Assembly: GCA_020428645.1 (NCBI GenBank)
Contig: JAGQMN010000002.1
Span: forward strand, 36-64,035
Length of the DNA: 64,000 bases
Direction: 5' to 3'
Origin: Patescibacteria group bacterium
Lineage (GTDB): Bacteria > Patescibacteriota > Minisyncoccia > Phycocordibacterales > UBA1006
Under the pieces are notes generated by a model. It searched no databases and was not told the DNA's origin. It worked only from the letters and a program-made list of their open reading frames with translations. Below, in pieces: positions 36,493 through 46,947 of the stretch; the first letter of the stretch is position 1, and every line of letters begins with the position of its first letter. The position numbers and the translations under genes were made by a program.

Positions 36493-39114
36493 CTATTCTG
36501 CTTGTTTTTCGTCAGGGTTAAGTTCTCGTTTATGCTCTAACACAACATAGTGCTTTCCTGTTGTATTATCAGTAAAGGAATGTGTCATAACGCCATGTTC
36601 CAATTGTGATCTATCAAAATCACGAGGATTATCGAGCACTAGAATATCAATACCTTTGGCGGTACTATATTCACCACTTCTAATTCCTTCTCGGGTAAAA
36701 CTCCGAGATAAGTAGCTGGTGTTTGCTTGATTATCCCAAACCAAATTAAGTGCATGAACACCTTCATACTTTGCAGCGGAAACAGCAACGAATCCCATGT
36801 CCAAGTATCGAGAACAAGCACTACCTGACATGTTTGCTTCAGCGTGTAGTACGTGTTCGTGAGCTTCTTTGGTTAATGCCTGAGCAATCATCGCCTCTCC
36901 TAATGCGTAGCCTTGAGATTCTTTTGCTACGTTTAACGCGCTGGCAAATTTACTTCCGTCTGGATTTGATTCAAAACGAATAAACGCATTAAGTTCATTA
37001 TTGATGCGATAAGTATAAAATTCACTATTGGTTTTGCTTTGAAAAGCTGTAGTAAATTGATTGATGAGTATGTGTCTCGTTTGGGGATCATACTGTTTAT
37101 TGTTTTCAGTATAGATCTCCAACATCTCCATCTGTTCCGGGATAGAGATGTCAGCGATATTTTTATGTTGAAACTCGGAACCCTTAATATCCTCTAACGT
37201 TAAATCAAAACCAAGTTTTCGAGCAAATTTAAAAGTAGAGAGTGTTGCTATAGCATCAGCAGAAATCTTCGATAATTCATTTTCAATAAGATGAACGGTG
37301 TCTAGTGTATCTGTTTCTTTGAGTGCATCGATGCGATTATAAAAAATATTTAATACGCTCACGCCTTTTTGTAGAATATTATCACAAACCCGGTCGATGA
37401 TTTCTGGATCATCTGCAATCTCATGAGAAAATTCTGATGTAATAAATGCCTCTATCCCCTTGGTTGCATCCACCAGTTCTGAATATTTAGTAAAAATAGC
37501 GTTTGCTGATTCTGAGGGAAGCTTTTCTGCAAGATCAAGAATTTTTTGACTCATTTCTGACCCACCAATATCAAGAGAAAGAAAAGCGCGTAAAATATTG
37601 TTACTATTCAAATCTTCATTTTTTAAGATAGTTTCAAGGGTGTTCCATTCATTTTGTTTTGTACCAGCTAGATAGTCGAGAAATTGTACCTGTTCATCAA
37701 GATACATTTCCCTCACATCAACACCAAACTCATGTTTGATTATCCATCTTACTTCAGGTGTATGCATAGATGAGATTAAACCAGCGTCTTTATTTTTAAT
37801 AACCTCGTTATACGGTGCGGGATGCACCGTAATTCTATTCTTCAATTTTTCATGAAGATATTTTTTCATGACAAAATAATCAAGTGATAATAACTCTTTC
37901 TTCTTTTTTTGAAATTGTTGAGCAATTTCTGGACTCTGATTTTTAATGTTCCAATCACAATAATCCAATCGATCACGGAGAAAAAATGAAAAATCAGTCT
38001 CATTGAGTTCATCTACATTTTTTCCTAAACCCTTACTTTCTTGCAAAAACGAGAGGAGGTCTTGATAGGTATGGTCATATACTTCGGCATTAACCCCTTC
38101 GAAAAAAACATTATTATTTTGAGTTCGGTAATCTTGAGAGACAAACAACCCAAAGGAAGATTGTAAACCATTAGAAAGGGAAAAATAATCTTTGGACACC
38201 TGTTGGATCCCTGCTGATCGATAGAAAGGGGAATTTAAATTTTCAACATAGTATCGAGTAGCGTTTTCTAAATGTTCATTATTGTTCGTGGTTATATTAT
38301 CATAATGACTATGTAAAAATTCACTTACCTCTCCGGTTTCCTCTTGTTTTTCTAAATCTTCAATGAGATGTAAATTGTAGTCAGCAAGTAAGTTTAATAA
38401 GGGTAGATTAAACTCTTCTTTGATACAGTGAATTATTTCAATACCTTTTAGATATGCATGGTGTGCACTCTCGTAACCTACACTCTGTGCATCAAGAGTA
38501 ATTCTTGCAATCGTTTTTAAAAAAATAATCTTTTTTTCATCTGAAAGAGATTGTACATAGTGTTTTATAGAATCACTAAGAGAATTTTCATATTCGAAAG
38601 ATATATTATAAACAACTTCTCCTGTGGTATGGTAGACAAGATTGTCCATACATCCAGAATTATTCATCTCCCCTAAAGCCAAAAAATAATTATTAACATC
38701 ATACGAAAGAAGTGGGGCAAGAATATTTGGACTACGCCCAAAAAAGTTTTCCTTAACAAATTGAATAAAATCATCTTTTTTTGATATTTCTATTTCTTGA
38801 GAGTAAAAAATTTCTTCTAGCTTATCTCTTAACAAGAGAACAAACTCATGGGTAAGGTCTGAGACTTCTTTTGTGACCAAATGATCTTCAGGACCACTCC
38901 CAAGTAGCGTTTTCATTTTTCGTTCAATGGGATTGGAAAAATACTTATTATCCCCATCAAGAGATCCAGACAAAAGAGTATCAAAGTAATCTTGGGTAAA
39001 TGTTCTGAATTCAGTTTTAATGTCTTCAAAATTTTCAATATGCTCTTTCACTTCAGGATTGACATTATTAAATTCTTTTTTCGTATTATCTTTTTTATAA
39101 GCCTCAGGATTCAT
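36493..39114 (-). CDS. large hypothetical protein with a probable C-terminal GNAT acetyltransferase domain
   Basis: 873 aa. The last ~170 aa carry a GNAT motif-A-like ESQGYALGEAM in a beta-alpha context. The N-terminal ~650 aa have no recognisable family. Confidence 0.5.
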   Translation of the reverse strand: MNPEAYKKDNTKKEFNNVNPEVKEHIENFEDIKTEFRTFTQDYFDTLLSGSLDGDNKYFSNPIERKMKTLLGSGPEDHLVTKEVSDLTHEFVLLLRDKLEEIFYSQEIEISKKDDFIQFVKENFFGRSPNILAPLLSYDVNNYFLALGEMNNSGCMDNLVYHTTGEVVYNISFEYENSLSDSIKHYVQSLSDEKKIIFLKTIARITLDAQSVGYESAHHAYLKGIEIIHCIKEEFNLPLLNLLADYNLHLIEDLEKQEETGEVSEFLHSHYDNITTNNNEHLENATRYYVENLNSPFYRSAGIQQVSKDYFSLSNGLQSSFGLFVSQDYRTQNNNVFFEGVNAEVYDHTYQDLLSFLQESKGLGKNVDELNETDFSFFLRDRLDYCDWNIKNQSPEIAQQFQKKKKELLSLDYFVMKKYLHEKLKNRITVHPAPYNEVIKNKDAGLISSMHTPEVRWIIKHEFGVDVREMYLDEQVQFLDYLAGTKQNEWNTLETILKNEDLNSNNILRAFLSLDIGGSEMSQKILDLAEKLPSESANAIFTKYSELVDATKGIEAFITSEFSHEIADDPEIIDRVCDNILQKGVSVLNIFYNRIDALKETDTLDTVHLIENELSKISADAIATLSTFKFARKLGFDLTLEDIKGSEFQHKNIADISIPEQMEMLEIYTENNKQYDPQTRHILINQFTTAFQSKTNSEFYTYRINNELNAFIRFESNPDGSKFASALNVAKESQGYALGEAMIAQALTKEAHEHVLHAEANMSGSACSRYLDMGFVAVSAAKYEGVHALNLVWDNQANTSYLSRSFTREGIRSGEYSTAKGIDILVLDNPRDFDRSQLEHGVMTHSFTDNTTGKHYVVLEHKRELNPDEKQAE

Positions 39115-39287
39115 TGCTGCAATGATAGCATAAATTTAAAGCAATATAAATATAAATGTGTCAAAATACGAGATAGGTGGGACAAAAAATAATTAAAAGT
39201 GGTAGTGTCTTAAGCATTAGGTGTTCGAGACAAAAATGAATAAATTAAAAGAAAACTAAAAACACACCAACGTGGTGTGTTTTTAAT

Positions 39288-39650
39288 TTATACAAAAGAC
39301 AGCACAATGAGGAGGAGTCCAATAATTGAGACATTTCCCATAAAGGTGTGCATCTCTTGAATGCGTTGCGCGGGATCAGTAACTTTCCAAAACCGATGCA
39401 TAACGAGGGTTACTAATACAAAGAATATCAGTAACAACACTGTCCCCCACCACGGATTGTACCAAGCAATGTAGGAGAGCCCTCCAAGCATTAAGAGTAT
39501 TCCCGTAACGAGTGTTGCAAGCGTTGGAAGAGGAACACCCTTGCTGCGAGCCATGTTACTCAGCTTGCTCAGTCCTGAAAAATGATTAATGCCAGCAAAG
39601 AGCATGAGTCCTCCAAAGAGTAATCGTCCAATAAGAATAACGATATCCAT
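39288..39650 (-). CDS. DoxX family membrane protein
   Basis: 120 aa with four TM helices and the typical N-terminus IGRLLFGGLMLFAGINHF. Confidence 0.75.
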   Translation of the reverse strand: MDIVILIGRLLFGGLMLFAGINHFSGLSKLSNMARSKGVPLPTLATLVTGILLMLGGLSYIAWYNPWWGTVLLLIFFVLVTLVMHRFWKVTDPAQRIQEMHTFMGNVSIIGLLLIVLSFV

Positions 39651-39659
39651 ACTTACTGA

Positions 39660-39947
39660 TTACATTGATTGGTTATTCATACCACCCCCTTGATTCACCA
39701 TTGGAGCAGTAGCACCTTTGTTACACTTACCGTGACATTTAGTACATACAACAACAGCTGAGATTCCTACCAAAAGGTACACGAGGTTTTCGAGCCATGA
39801 TACGCTTCCCAAAAGAAGGTTTACGACATTCCAATTACCAAGACCAAAGAGTCCACCAATACCAACGAGACCCCAATTGAGCGCACCAATTTTTACCAAC
39901 CAGTGTGCTAATTTTCTTGTTCCAGAACATTTTGAATTACATTTCAT
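39660..39947 (-). CDS. DUF378 domain membrane protein
   Basis: Begins at the internal ATG 39947 (MKCNSK...). IGALNWGLVGIGG...NLV..LVGISA is typical of DUF378. The upstream 25 codons in the track look spurious. Confidence 0.65.
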   Translation of the reverse strand: MKCNSKCSGTRKLAHWLVKIGALNWGLVGIGGLFGLGNWNVVNLLLGSVSWLENLVYLLVGISAVVVCTKCHGKCNKGATAPMVNQGGGMNNQSM

Positions 39948-40039
39948 ATTTTTTATTTCGTAGTAAACGAATAATGGGCATGTGAGAGCACCAGTCCACA
40001 TGTACCTACCAGTATACCACATATGGTATACTCGATGTC

Positions 40040-40873
40040 ATGAATTCACACGTTGATTTTGTATTCTTTGGAACACCTGAATTTTCAGCGATTGTGCTCG
40101 ATGAACTTAAGGTTGCCGGATACATACCCTCTCTCATCATTACTGCACCTGATCGTCCTGTTGGTAGAAAACACATTATGACACCACCTGCTGTAAAAGT
40201 GTGGGCAGACCAACATGAAATTGAGTGTTGGCAACCAGAACATCCACGAAATATTATAGAACAACTACAAGAGCGCGGTTCAAAGCTCTTTATTGTAGCC
40301 TCGTACGGATACATTGTGAATCAACAACTTCTTGATATTCCCGACCACGGTGTGTTAAATGTTCATACGTCATTGTTACCAAAATATCGTGGTGCATCAC
40401 CAATCGAATCTGCTCTCTTGGCAGGTGATACAGAAACAGGTTCAACCATTATGAAAATGACGCTTGGTATGGATGAAGGTCCTATCATCACGCAATCACG
40501 ATTTGATATTGAACCTGATATTGTAAAGCCCGATCTCTTTACTATGCTCGCTCACGATGGAGGCAAACTCCTTGCGGGTATACTCCCTGATTATATGTCA
40601 GGTACATGTACTCCCATCGAGCAAAACCACGATAAAGCAACCTACTGTGGTAAAATTGAAAAATCAGACGGTGATATCACGAATGATGATGATACAACTA
40701 GGTGGCGAAAATACCGTGCCTATTACGGATGGCCAGGTGTATTTTTGTTTGATGGAGATGTTCGATTGAAAATTACTGATGCTGCATATGTCGATGGACA
40801 ATTCATTATTAAAAAAGTTATACGCGCAGGAAAAAATGAAATGAATTACGAGCACTATCTCAATAATAAGTAA
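40040..40873 (+). CDS. fmt: methionyl-tRNA formyltransferase
   Basis: 277 aa: FFGTPEFS, PDRPVGRK, NVHTSLLPKYRGASPIESAL. Confidence 0.9.
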   Translation: MNSHVDFVFFGTPEFSAIVLDELKVAGYIPSLIITAPDRPVGRKHIMTPPAVKVWADQHEIECWQPEHPRNIIEQLQERGSKLFIVASYGYIVNQQLLDIPDHGVLNVHTSLLPKYRGASPIESALLAGDTETGSTIMKMTLGMDEGPIITQSRFDIEPDIVKPDLFTMLAHDGGKLLAGILPDYMSGTCTPIEQNHDKATYCGKIEKSDGDITNDDDTTRWRKYRAYYGWPGVFLFDGDVRLKITDAAYVDGQFIIKKVIRAGKNEMNYEHYLNNK

Positions 40874-40874
40874 T

Positions 40875-41417
40875 ATGACTTCTCTCTTTATCTGGTCACA
40901 AATACTTGCCGGTATAGCCATGTTGATATACATCATTGCTATGCAAATACGAAGTAATAAAATGTTACGAATTTTGATGTTTGTAGGAGGAGTTATCAAT
41001 GGAACACACTTTCTCTTACTGGGTGTTCCTCAAGCAACAATTATCGAGTATGTTACCGGTAGTCGCTGGATTGTCAGTATCTTTACCCACAGAAATAGTA
41101 TTAAATTATTCTTTATCGTATCCATTATGGGTATCGGATTGATACACGCAGACGGATGGGTGAGTGCCCTGCCAGTTATTGGTGGGGTTCTCGGAACGCT
41201 GGCGGCATTTACCCCGAACGACAGAAACATGCGTGTCTACCTCATCATTGCACTCATCCTATGGGTTGTTCACAATATCCTGGTCTTTTCTCCAATTGCT
41301 ATTGCATCTAGTCTATTTTTCTTGATTTCAATGATGATTGGATACGAACGGTTCTACCACCACAACCATGTGCACATCTATCCGTACCAGCCAGTGCATT
41401 TTAATACAAAAAAATAA
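40875..41417 (+). CDS. multi-pass membrane protein (YgjV-like)
   Basis: 180 aa with about five TM helices. Resemblance to the YgjV family is from memory only. Confidence 0.45.
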   Translation: MTSLFIWSQILAGIAMLIYIIAMQIRSNKMLRILMFVGGVINGTHFLLLGVPQATIIEYVTGSRWIVSIFTHRNSIKLFFIVSIMGIGLIHADGWVSALPVIGGVLGTLAAFTPNDRNMRVYLIIALILWVVHNILVFSPIAIASSLFFLISMMIGYERFYHHNHVHIYPYQPVHFNTKK

Positions 41418-41568
41418 AACGCTTTTTGCGTTTTATTTTTCCATTGGTTCCTCAATGTCTTCGGATGTAGGGTTTTCTGTTGATTCAATCATAGCACTGA
41501 GCTCCTCAGCCATTTCCTCTGATGATTTACCAGTATCAGGTAGCGATTCAAATTCAAATTTGTTCATA

Positions 41569-42255
41569 CTATTCTATCGTTATTGAATTAATAATAATTG
41601 GTTCGACAGGTCGATCGTTTGGAAACGTATCAACACCTTCGATTGCTTTTATAACTTCCATACCTGATATCACCCTTCCAAATACCGTGTGTTTGGTGTC
41701 GAGGAAATTGTTATCAGCAGTATTAATGAAGAACTGTGATCCATTCGTGTTTGGTCCAGCGTTCGCCATTGAGATAGTACCGATGACATTGTTATTTTCA
41801 GAATGAATTTCATCTTCAAATTGGTATCCTGGTCCACCAGTTCCCCAACGATCTTCCATATCGTCGTCCTTTGAAAGAGGGTCTCCTCCTTGGATCATAA
41901 ATCCAGCTATGATACGGTGAAATTTTACACCGTTATAAAATCCTTCATTTGCAAGTTTGGTAAAATTAGCAACTGTGTTTGGTGCGAGTGTATCAAAGAG
42001 TTCAATTTCAAATGATCCTTTGTTGGTTGTAAAAAGTGCTTTCATAGTCTGTTGTTCAATGTTAGATGTTTGTATAGTTTCGGTAATGGTTGTTTCAGAT
42101 TCTTGATATTCTTCACCTACCATGAGGCCCATACTATCGCTCTGAACCATCCCGTCAATGATGGGGGTATGGTGTGTCGATTGTTTGTAGGTCATAGCAG
42201 CATAGGTCAGATAACCAAGACCAATCAGTATAATAATTGCAAGTATTGTTTTCAT
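41569..42255 (-). CDS. cyclophilin-type peptidyl-prolyl cis-trans isomerase with an N-terminal membrane anchor
   Basis: 228 aa: FHRIIAGFMIQGGDP, MANAGPNTNGSQFFI, HTVFGRV. Confidence 0.92.
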   Translation of the reverse strand: MKTILAIIILIGLGYLTYAAMTYKQSTHHTPIIDGMVQSDSMGLMVGEEYQESETTITETIQTSNIEQQTMKALFTTNKGSFEIELFDTLAPNTVANFTKLANEGFYNGVKFHRIIAGFMIQGGDPLSKDDDMEDRWGTGGPGYQFEDEIHSENNNVIGTISMANAGPNTNGSQFFINTADNNFLDTKHTVFGRVISGMEVIKAIEGVDTFPNDRPVEPIIINSITIE

Positions 42256-42257
42256 AG

Positions 42258-42608
42258 TTATTTTCTTTTGAGAATGCGTTTAATGTGCGCACCTGCGCGA
42301 CGTGCAAGGTTGCGAGATTTACTACGATGAGACCGAACCACGCGGAACATATCTCCGTACGCTTCATCGAAAGCCTTTCGCACATTTTCACGATACTCTT
42401 CGGTAAAGTATTGATTCTGTGGATCATCAATTTTTATTGAAACATAGTAGAGATCTTGGCCGTGCTGACTTGAACGTGTACGCTCAATATCGATGTACGC
42501 GTGCGTATCCCACGAAAAGAATTTATTTAATCCGTACATACGGTTCGCCATCATGTTCTTTTCATACTGGGTAACCTCAAGATTCTTGGTTTGAAAGTAA
42601 ATATTCAT
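42258..42608 (-). CDS. hpf: ribosome hibernation factor (RaiA/HPF family)
   Basis: 116 aa. An MNIYFQTKNLEVT start and overall beta-alpha-beta pattern, with a basic tail. Confidence 0.7.
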   Translation of the reverse strand: MNIYFQTKNLEVTQYEKNMMANRMYGLNKFFSWDTHAYIDIERTRSSQHGQDLYYVSIKIDDPQNQYFTEEYRENVRKAFDEAYGDMFRVVRSHRSKSRNLARRAGAHIKRILKRK

Positions 42609-42621
42609 AGATATATTTTTA

Positions 42622-43425
42622 TTATGAATGACCGAATAATAACTTCAGTATACCATGAAGGCGTGTGTGTTGAGATGGTAGTTGATCGATTCGGTAGGCA
42701 TCGGTATCATGATACTCAGCAATCTTTGTTCGATATAAACTCTTGAGCGTAGCAGGATAGCCGAGACGACGACCGAGTTCTTCGCCAAGTGTTCTGATGT
42801 ATGAACCCGATGTCACCTCGACACGCACCTGCACCGCCTGACATGCCCCCGCGTGATAGGTATCGAGGAGTTGGATACTGGTAATATGCATGTCTTTCTC
42901 TGGTATGTAGGGTGGTGTGATACCTGCACGTGCGTAGGTATAGAGTGGTTTACCTTGAACTTTAATTGCTGAATATATCGGTACCGAGAGTGTATGGATA
43001 CCTATCATATTCATCACAGTATCCTCAATATCGTTTAGTTTGATATCATCTTTGTAGACTTTTTTCTCTTCAACAACTACTCCCTCAAGATCACCGGTGG
43101 TGGTGGATTTCCCAATCAAAACTTCTGCGAGATAAGTCTTTGGCAGTTTAAGGTAGGTGTTCATTTTTTTGGTTCCTGCATTAATACCTATAATCATGAG
43201 CCCTTTGGCAAGGGGATCAAGCGTCCCTGCGTGACCGATTTTTTTGGTATTGAGAATAGGTCTCAGTTTACGAATCACACCAAACGAACTAATACCAACG
43301 GGTTTATGTACGAGGAGCACATCGTCTTCGATGTAGTGTTGTTGTGGGATAATTGTATTCACAGTAGCACCATAGTAACATGCCCGTGGTTTATTGACAT
43401 ATAAAATTATGTGTAATATAAACAA
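42622..43425 (-). CDS. truB: tRNA pseudouridine(55) synthase
   Basis: LLVHKPVGISSFGVIRKL and GHAGTLDPLAKG (catalytic Asp). The true start may be the GTG at 43362. Confidence 0.9.
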   Translation of the reverse strand: MFILHIILYVNKPRACYYGATVNTIIPQQHYIEDDVLLVHKPVGISSFGVIRKLRPILNTKKIGHAGTLDPLAKGLMIIGINAGTKKMNTYLKLPKTYLAEVLIGKSTTTGDLEGVVVEEKKVYKDDIKLNDIEDTVMNMIGIHTLSVPIYSAIKVQGKPLYTYARAGITPPYIPEKDMHITSIQLLDTYHAGACQAVQVRVEVTSGSYIRTLGEELGRRLGYPATLKSLYRTKIAEYHDTDAYRIDQLPSQHTRLHGILKLLFGHS

Positions 43426-43451
43426 ATTAACACAACAAAAAAATAAATTTC

Positions 43452-43766
43452 ATGGCTACACATATTATTTCCAAAGAAGCAGCTATTGGACTCGTTAAAG
43501 CAGTTTGGTCACACACAATAGGTAAGAAAATTATTCTAAAGAAAGATTTTATTAGTGTTGCTAAATCAAAATACCCGTCAAGAAAAGATCTTGATACCTT
43601 ATATGAAATATTACAACCTTTTGTTGATCGGGTAAAAAAATTAGCAACACTGAAACCAGAAGACTTAGCGACCGAAACACAAAAAAATTCGGTAGTTCAA
43701 AAAAAAGCAGAGCAAAATTTCAAAAAGAGCTTTGGTGACTCTGTACCTTGGTACATAGAACACTAG
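43452..43766 (+). CDS. hypothetical protein
   Basis: 104-aa ORF followed by a terminator. Confidence 0.4.
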   Translation: MATHIISKEAAIGLVKAVWSHTIGKKIILKKDFISVAKSKYPSRKDLDTLYEILQPFVDRVKKLATLKPEDLATETQKNSVVQKKAEQNFKKSFGDSVPWYIEH

Positions 43767-43792
43767 AAAACCTCCCTTTCGGGAGGTTTTTT
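43767..43792. terminator. bidirectional intrinsic terminator
   Basis: AAAACCTCCC-TTTC-GGGAGGTTTTTT. Confidence 0.8.
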
Positions 43793-44408
43793 ACACCTGT
43801 ACGTTTTGATCGTTAATAATTTCCATTTGTTTCATGACCATTTTGGTGTATCCGGGACGGATATGGTCTGGGTTATACGCCTCTAGAATCTGAGTAATAT
43901 CCTTTCCCGCATAGTGCTTGGCAGTGTTCGGATTGTGTCCACCGAGGTTCATAGAAATAACGTTAATTGATTCTTCGTACGAATCAAAATTGATTTTACA
44001 CGATCCCCAACCAAAGGCTGAGTAATCAGCTGTTTTACACGCATGCTTTCCACCTGTTGATTCAATGAATCCAATAGCAGCTACTAAACGCCAATCAATG
44101 TCATAAGTTTCAGCAGCATCAACAAAGTGTTCTGCTTCGTGCTGAAGTGGTAAATCGTATCGTGCATAGTATGCGCGGATCTTAGCAATTTTTTCTTCTC
44201 GATCTTGGCGTAATTTTCGTTCGAGTGAAGCGGTATCGTTAAAGAGTGCTTCAACAATTGGCTGTCCGCCAAGAGGTGCCTCTGCATCAAGTGCAAACAC
44301 CTGTGCAGAAAACCCTATGTAGAACGAATAAACAATAATAATAGTTTTATATACATTCATGAGGAATGCATTGGTCATTACTTTTTTAGGTATGATATGT
44401 TTCGTCAT
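43791..44408 (-). CDS. secreted or membrane-anchored protein, possibly a peptidoglycan hydrolase
   Basis: 205 aa with an N-terminal hydrophobic segment. AAIGFIESTGGKH resembles a lytic-transglycosylase catalytic Glu context. Weak. Confidence 0.35.
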   Translation of the reverse strand: MTKHIIPKKVMTNAFLMNVYKTIIIVYSFYIGFSAQVFALDAEAPLGGQPIVEALFNDTASLERKLRQDREEKIAKIRAYYARYDLPLQHEAEHFVDAAETYDIDWRLVAAIGFIESTGGKHACKTADYSAFGWGSCKINFDSYEESINVISMNLGGHNPNTAKHYAGKDITQILEAYNPDHIRPGYTKMVMKQMEIINDQNVQV

Positions 44409-44563
44409 AAACTGCGGTATGTGCTCCGCAAAACTCCGTAACTAAAAAAGCTCTCCGCGAAGAGAACTTTCAGTACGATACTAGGAATATTGCACATGGT
44501 CAAGGAGTTATCCACAGTTATACAATATAAGATATAATTTGTCAAATTACCTTATAAAATAAG

Positions 44564-45442
44564 CTATTTTTCACCCCAAAATAGCTTCATACGTGCTTTT
44601 GCGGTTATTTTTACCCCCTCTTTTGCCTGTGCAAAGTAGCGGTATGGAGCTAATTGATCAGGATCACTAGCGAGGGCTTCCTCAATACCCTTTCGGTACG
44701 CAACACGTAATTCGGTGCTGATGTGTATTGCCGATACTCCTGCTTCAATTGCAGCTCGAAAATCCTCATCAGACACGCCTGAACCTCCATGGAGCACCTG
44801 TGGCACACCGGTCGCTTCTACGATTTCTTTGATACGCTGTGGATTTAGTTTAGGGTTACCGCTTTTGACCATACCATGAAGATTTCCTACTGATGGCGCA
44901 AGTGCATCAACACCTGAGATTTCAACGAACGCTTTGGCTTCATCTGGTTTCGTCATTGTTTCTTCGGAGACTCCCTCTGGGATTTCATCTTTGATACTCG
45001 ATCCACCACCAATAAATCCAAATTCTGCTTCAACGAGACATGTTGGATTAACCTCGTTCCGATACGCAACAACCTGTTGGGTATTCTTAATGTTTTCTTC
45101 GTGTGAAATCTTGGCCCCATCGTAAATCACCATATCAAACCCGGCATCGATCGCCTCACAGGTTCGTTCGACATTGTACGTATGGTCAGCATTGAGAAAA
45201 ATAGGATAATCATATTCGTTACGTAAACTCGTAATGTAATCAACAATTTGCGTCACACCAAACGCATCTCGCTCACCTTCGGTTGCACCAATGAGAACGG
45301 GAATCTTATATCCGTATTCACCTGACAATTCTTGTGCTGCCGCAAACACCGCCATGAGCATATCAGAGTTTGCGACGTTAAAGTGAGCAATAGCTCGTCC
45401 CTGTTCCCGTGTGTCCTGTAAATATTCCTTTAATGTTTTCAT
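44564..45442 (-). CDS. fba: class II fructose-bisphosphate aldolase
   Basis: 292 aa: FNVANSDM, LNADHT, VLHGGSGVSDEDF, ISTELR. Confidence 0.9.
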   Translation of the reverse strand: MKTLKEYLQDTREQGRAIAHFNVANSDMLMAVFAAAQELSGEYGYKIPVLIGATEGERDAFGVTQIVDYITSLRNEYDYPIFLNADHTYNVERTCEAIDAGFDMVIYDGAKISHEENIKNTQQVVAYRNEVNPTCLVEAEFGFIGGGSSIKDEIPEGVSEETMTKPDEAKAFVEISGVDALAPSVGNLHGMVKSGNPKLNPQRIKEIVEATGVPQVLHGGSGVSDEDFRAAIEAGVSAIHISTELRVAYRKGIEEALASDPDQLAPYRYFAQAKEGVKITAKARMKLFWGEK

Positions 45443-45482
45443 ATGAGCCGATTATAACACATTGATGTGGTATACTTTACGC

Positions 45483-46487
45483 ATGGAAAAAGAGAAACGT
45501 ATAGATTTTTTAGCATTGGGAGACATCGTTATTGATGCCTTTATCAAGTTACAAGATGCACAGGTCGAAAAACATGGTGGTACCGACATGCTCGAAATGA
45601 GATTCGGAGAAAAAATCCCCTACGAGAGTGTAAAGGTAGTAAAGGCTGTTGGAAATGCACCAAATGCGTCCGTGTCAGCAGCACGTCTTGGGCTCCGTTC
45701 TGCACTCATGACACACGTTGGTAACGATGATTTTGGTCAAGAGTGTATTGATACTCTGAAAGAAAACGGTGTTATCACCGACTATGTAACCGTGGAAAAT
45801 GGGAAGGCGACAAATTACCACTATGTACTTTCATTCAAGGCTGAGCGAACTATTCTCATTAAACATGAGGACTACACGTACAATTTAGAGAAACAAGCTG
45901 AAGGATTAGTCCCAACGTGGGTGTACTTCTCTTCAGTGGGCGAGCATTCAATAGACTACCATCATGATATTGCAAAGTGGGTTAAGGGGAACGGAATCAA
46001 AATGGCATTTCAACCTGGAACCTTCCAAATTTCACTCGGTATCGAAATGCTGAAAGACGTGTACGAAGCAACAGAAGTATTCTTCTGTAATGTTGAAGAA
46101 GCGCAGCAAATTTTGAACGAACAATCTCGTGATGTGAAGAAAATGCTTAAAGCAATACACGAACTAGGACCAAAGATTATCTGTATCACTGACGGTCCTG
46201 ATGGTGCGTATGCTTACGACTCGTATCATGACGAGTACTGGTTTCACCCTATCTATCCAGATCCACAACCACCTGTCGAACGTACTGGTGCTGGGGATTC
46301 ATTCTCGTCAACATTCACCGTAGCACTCGGTCACGGAAAGAGTGTTGCCGAAGCACTATCCTGGGGACCAATTAATTCAATGAGTGTGGTTCAATACGTT
46401 GGTGCACAGGAAGGACTCCTCACCCAGACAAAGCTTGAAGAATTCTTGAACAACGCACCAGAGCACTACAAACCTGAGAAAATATAA
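45483..46487 (+). CDS. PfkB-family carbohydrate kinase
   Basis: Starts at MEKEKRIDFLALGDIVIDAF. C-terminal TGAGDSFSSTF motif (the PfkB signature). Confidence 0.85.
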   Translation: MEKEKRIDFLALGDIVIDAFIKLQDAQVEKHGGTDMLEMRFGEKIPYESVKVVKAVGNAPNASVSAARLGLRSALMTHVGNDDFGQECIDTLKENGVITDYVTVENGKATNYHYVLSFKAERTILIKHEDYTYNLEKQAEGLVPTWVYFSSVGEHSIDYHHDIAKWVKGNGIKMAFQPGTFQISLGIEMLKDVYEATEVFFCNVEEAQQILNEQSRDVKKMLKAIHELGPKIICITDGPDGAYAYDSYHDEYWFHPIYPDPQPPVERTGAGDSFSSTFTVALGHGKSVAEALSWGPINSMSVVQYVGAQEGLLTQTKLEEFLNNAPEHYKPEKI

Positions 46488-46510
46488 GCACCTGTACGAG
46501 GTGTTTTTAC

Positions 46511-46909
46511 TTGGTATACTTTAGAAATATGGATATAGAGTCATTCAGAAAAATAGAAAATACTCCAATTACACTCAGTCAAGAAGAAAATGATCAGATT
46601 CAAGAAGGTATGCAAGAGCGCCGTTATAAACTGCGTAAAGATTTGAGTGATGAACAATTAGCATTCTTGAAAAAATTTTATACCATACTTAATAAGTTAA
46701 ATCATGAAGATAAAAAACTTGAGAATAGAGAAAGCGTGGGTATTCCAGATATGCAAAGGCGTGCACTAAAAGAAAACATTGAGGTGTTGGAGGAAGAATT
46801 TGATAACGTATATGCACTGCTCAAAGAAGACCCGGATCTCGTAGCGTATATAGAAAATGACATACAATTAAGAGAATTGGAAGAACCGGAAAATCCCCAG
46901 CTCAATTGA
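46511..46909 (+). CDS. hypothetical acidic protein
   Basis: 132-aa ORF with a TTG start. An ATG at 46529 is a possible alternative. Confidence 0.35.
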   Translation: MVYFRNMDIESFRKIENTPITLSQEENDQIQEGMQERRYKLRKDLSDEQLAFLKKFYTILNKLNHEDKKLENRESVGIPDMQRRALKENIEVLEEEFDNVYALLKEDPDLVAYIENDIQLRELEEPENPQLN

Positions 46910-46947
46910 ACGGGTGATAATAAATGAATCTGATATAATACATACTT

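Noticed and set aside
40006-40314. 102-aa minus-strand ORF antisense to the fmt 5' end
   Set aside because: It overlaps a well-supported fmt coding region and has a Cys/Ser-rich, low-complexity composition.
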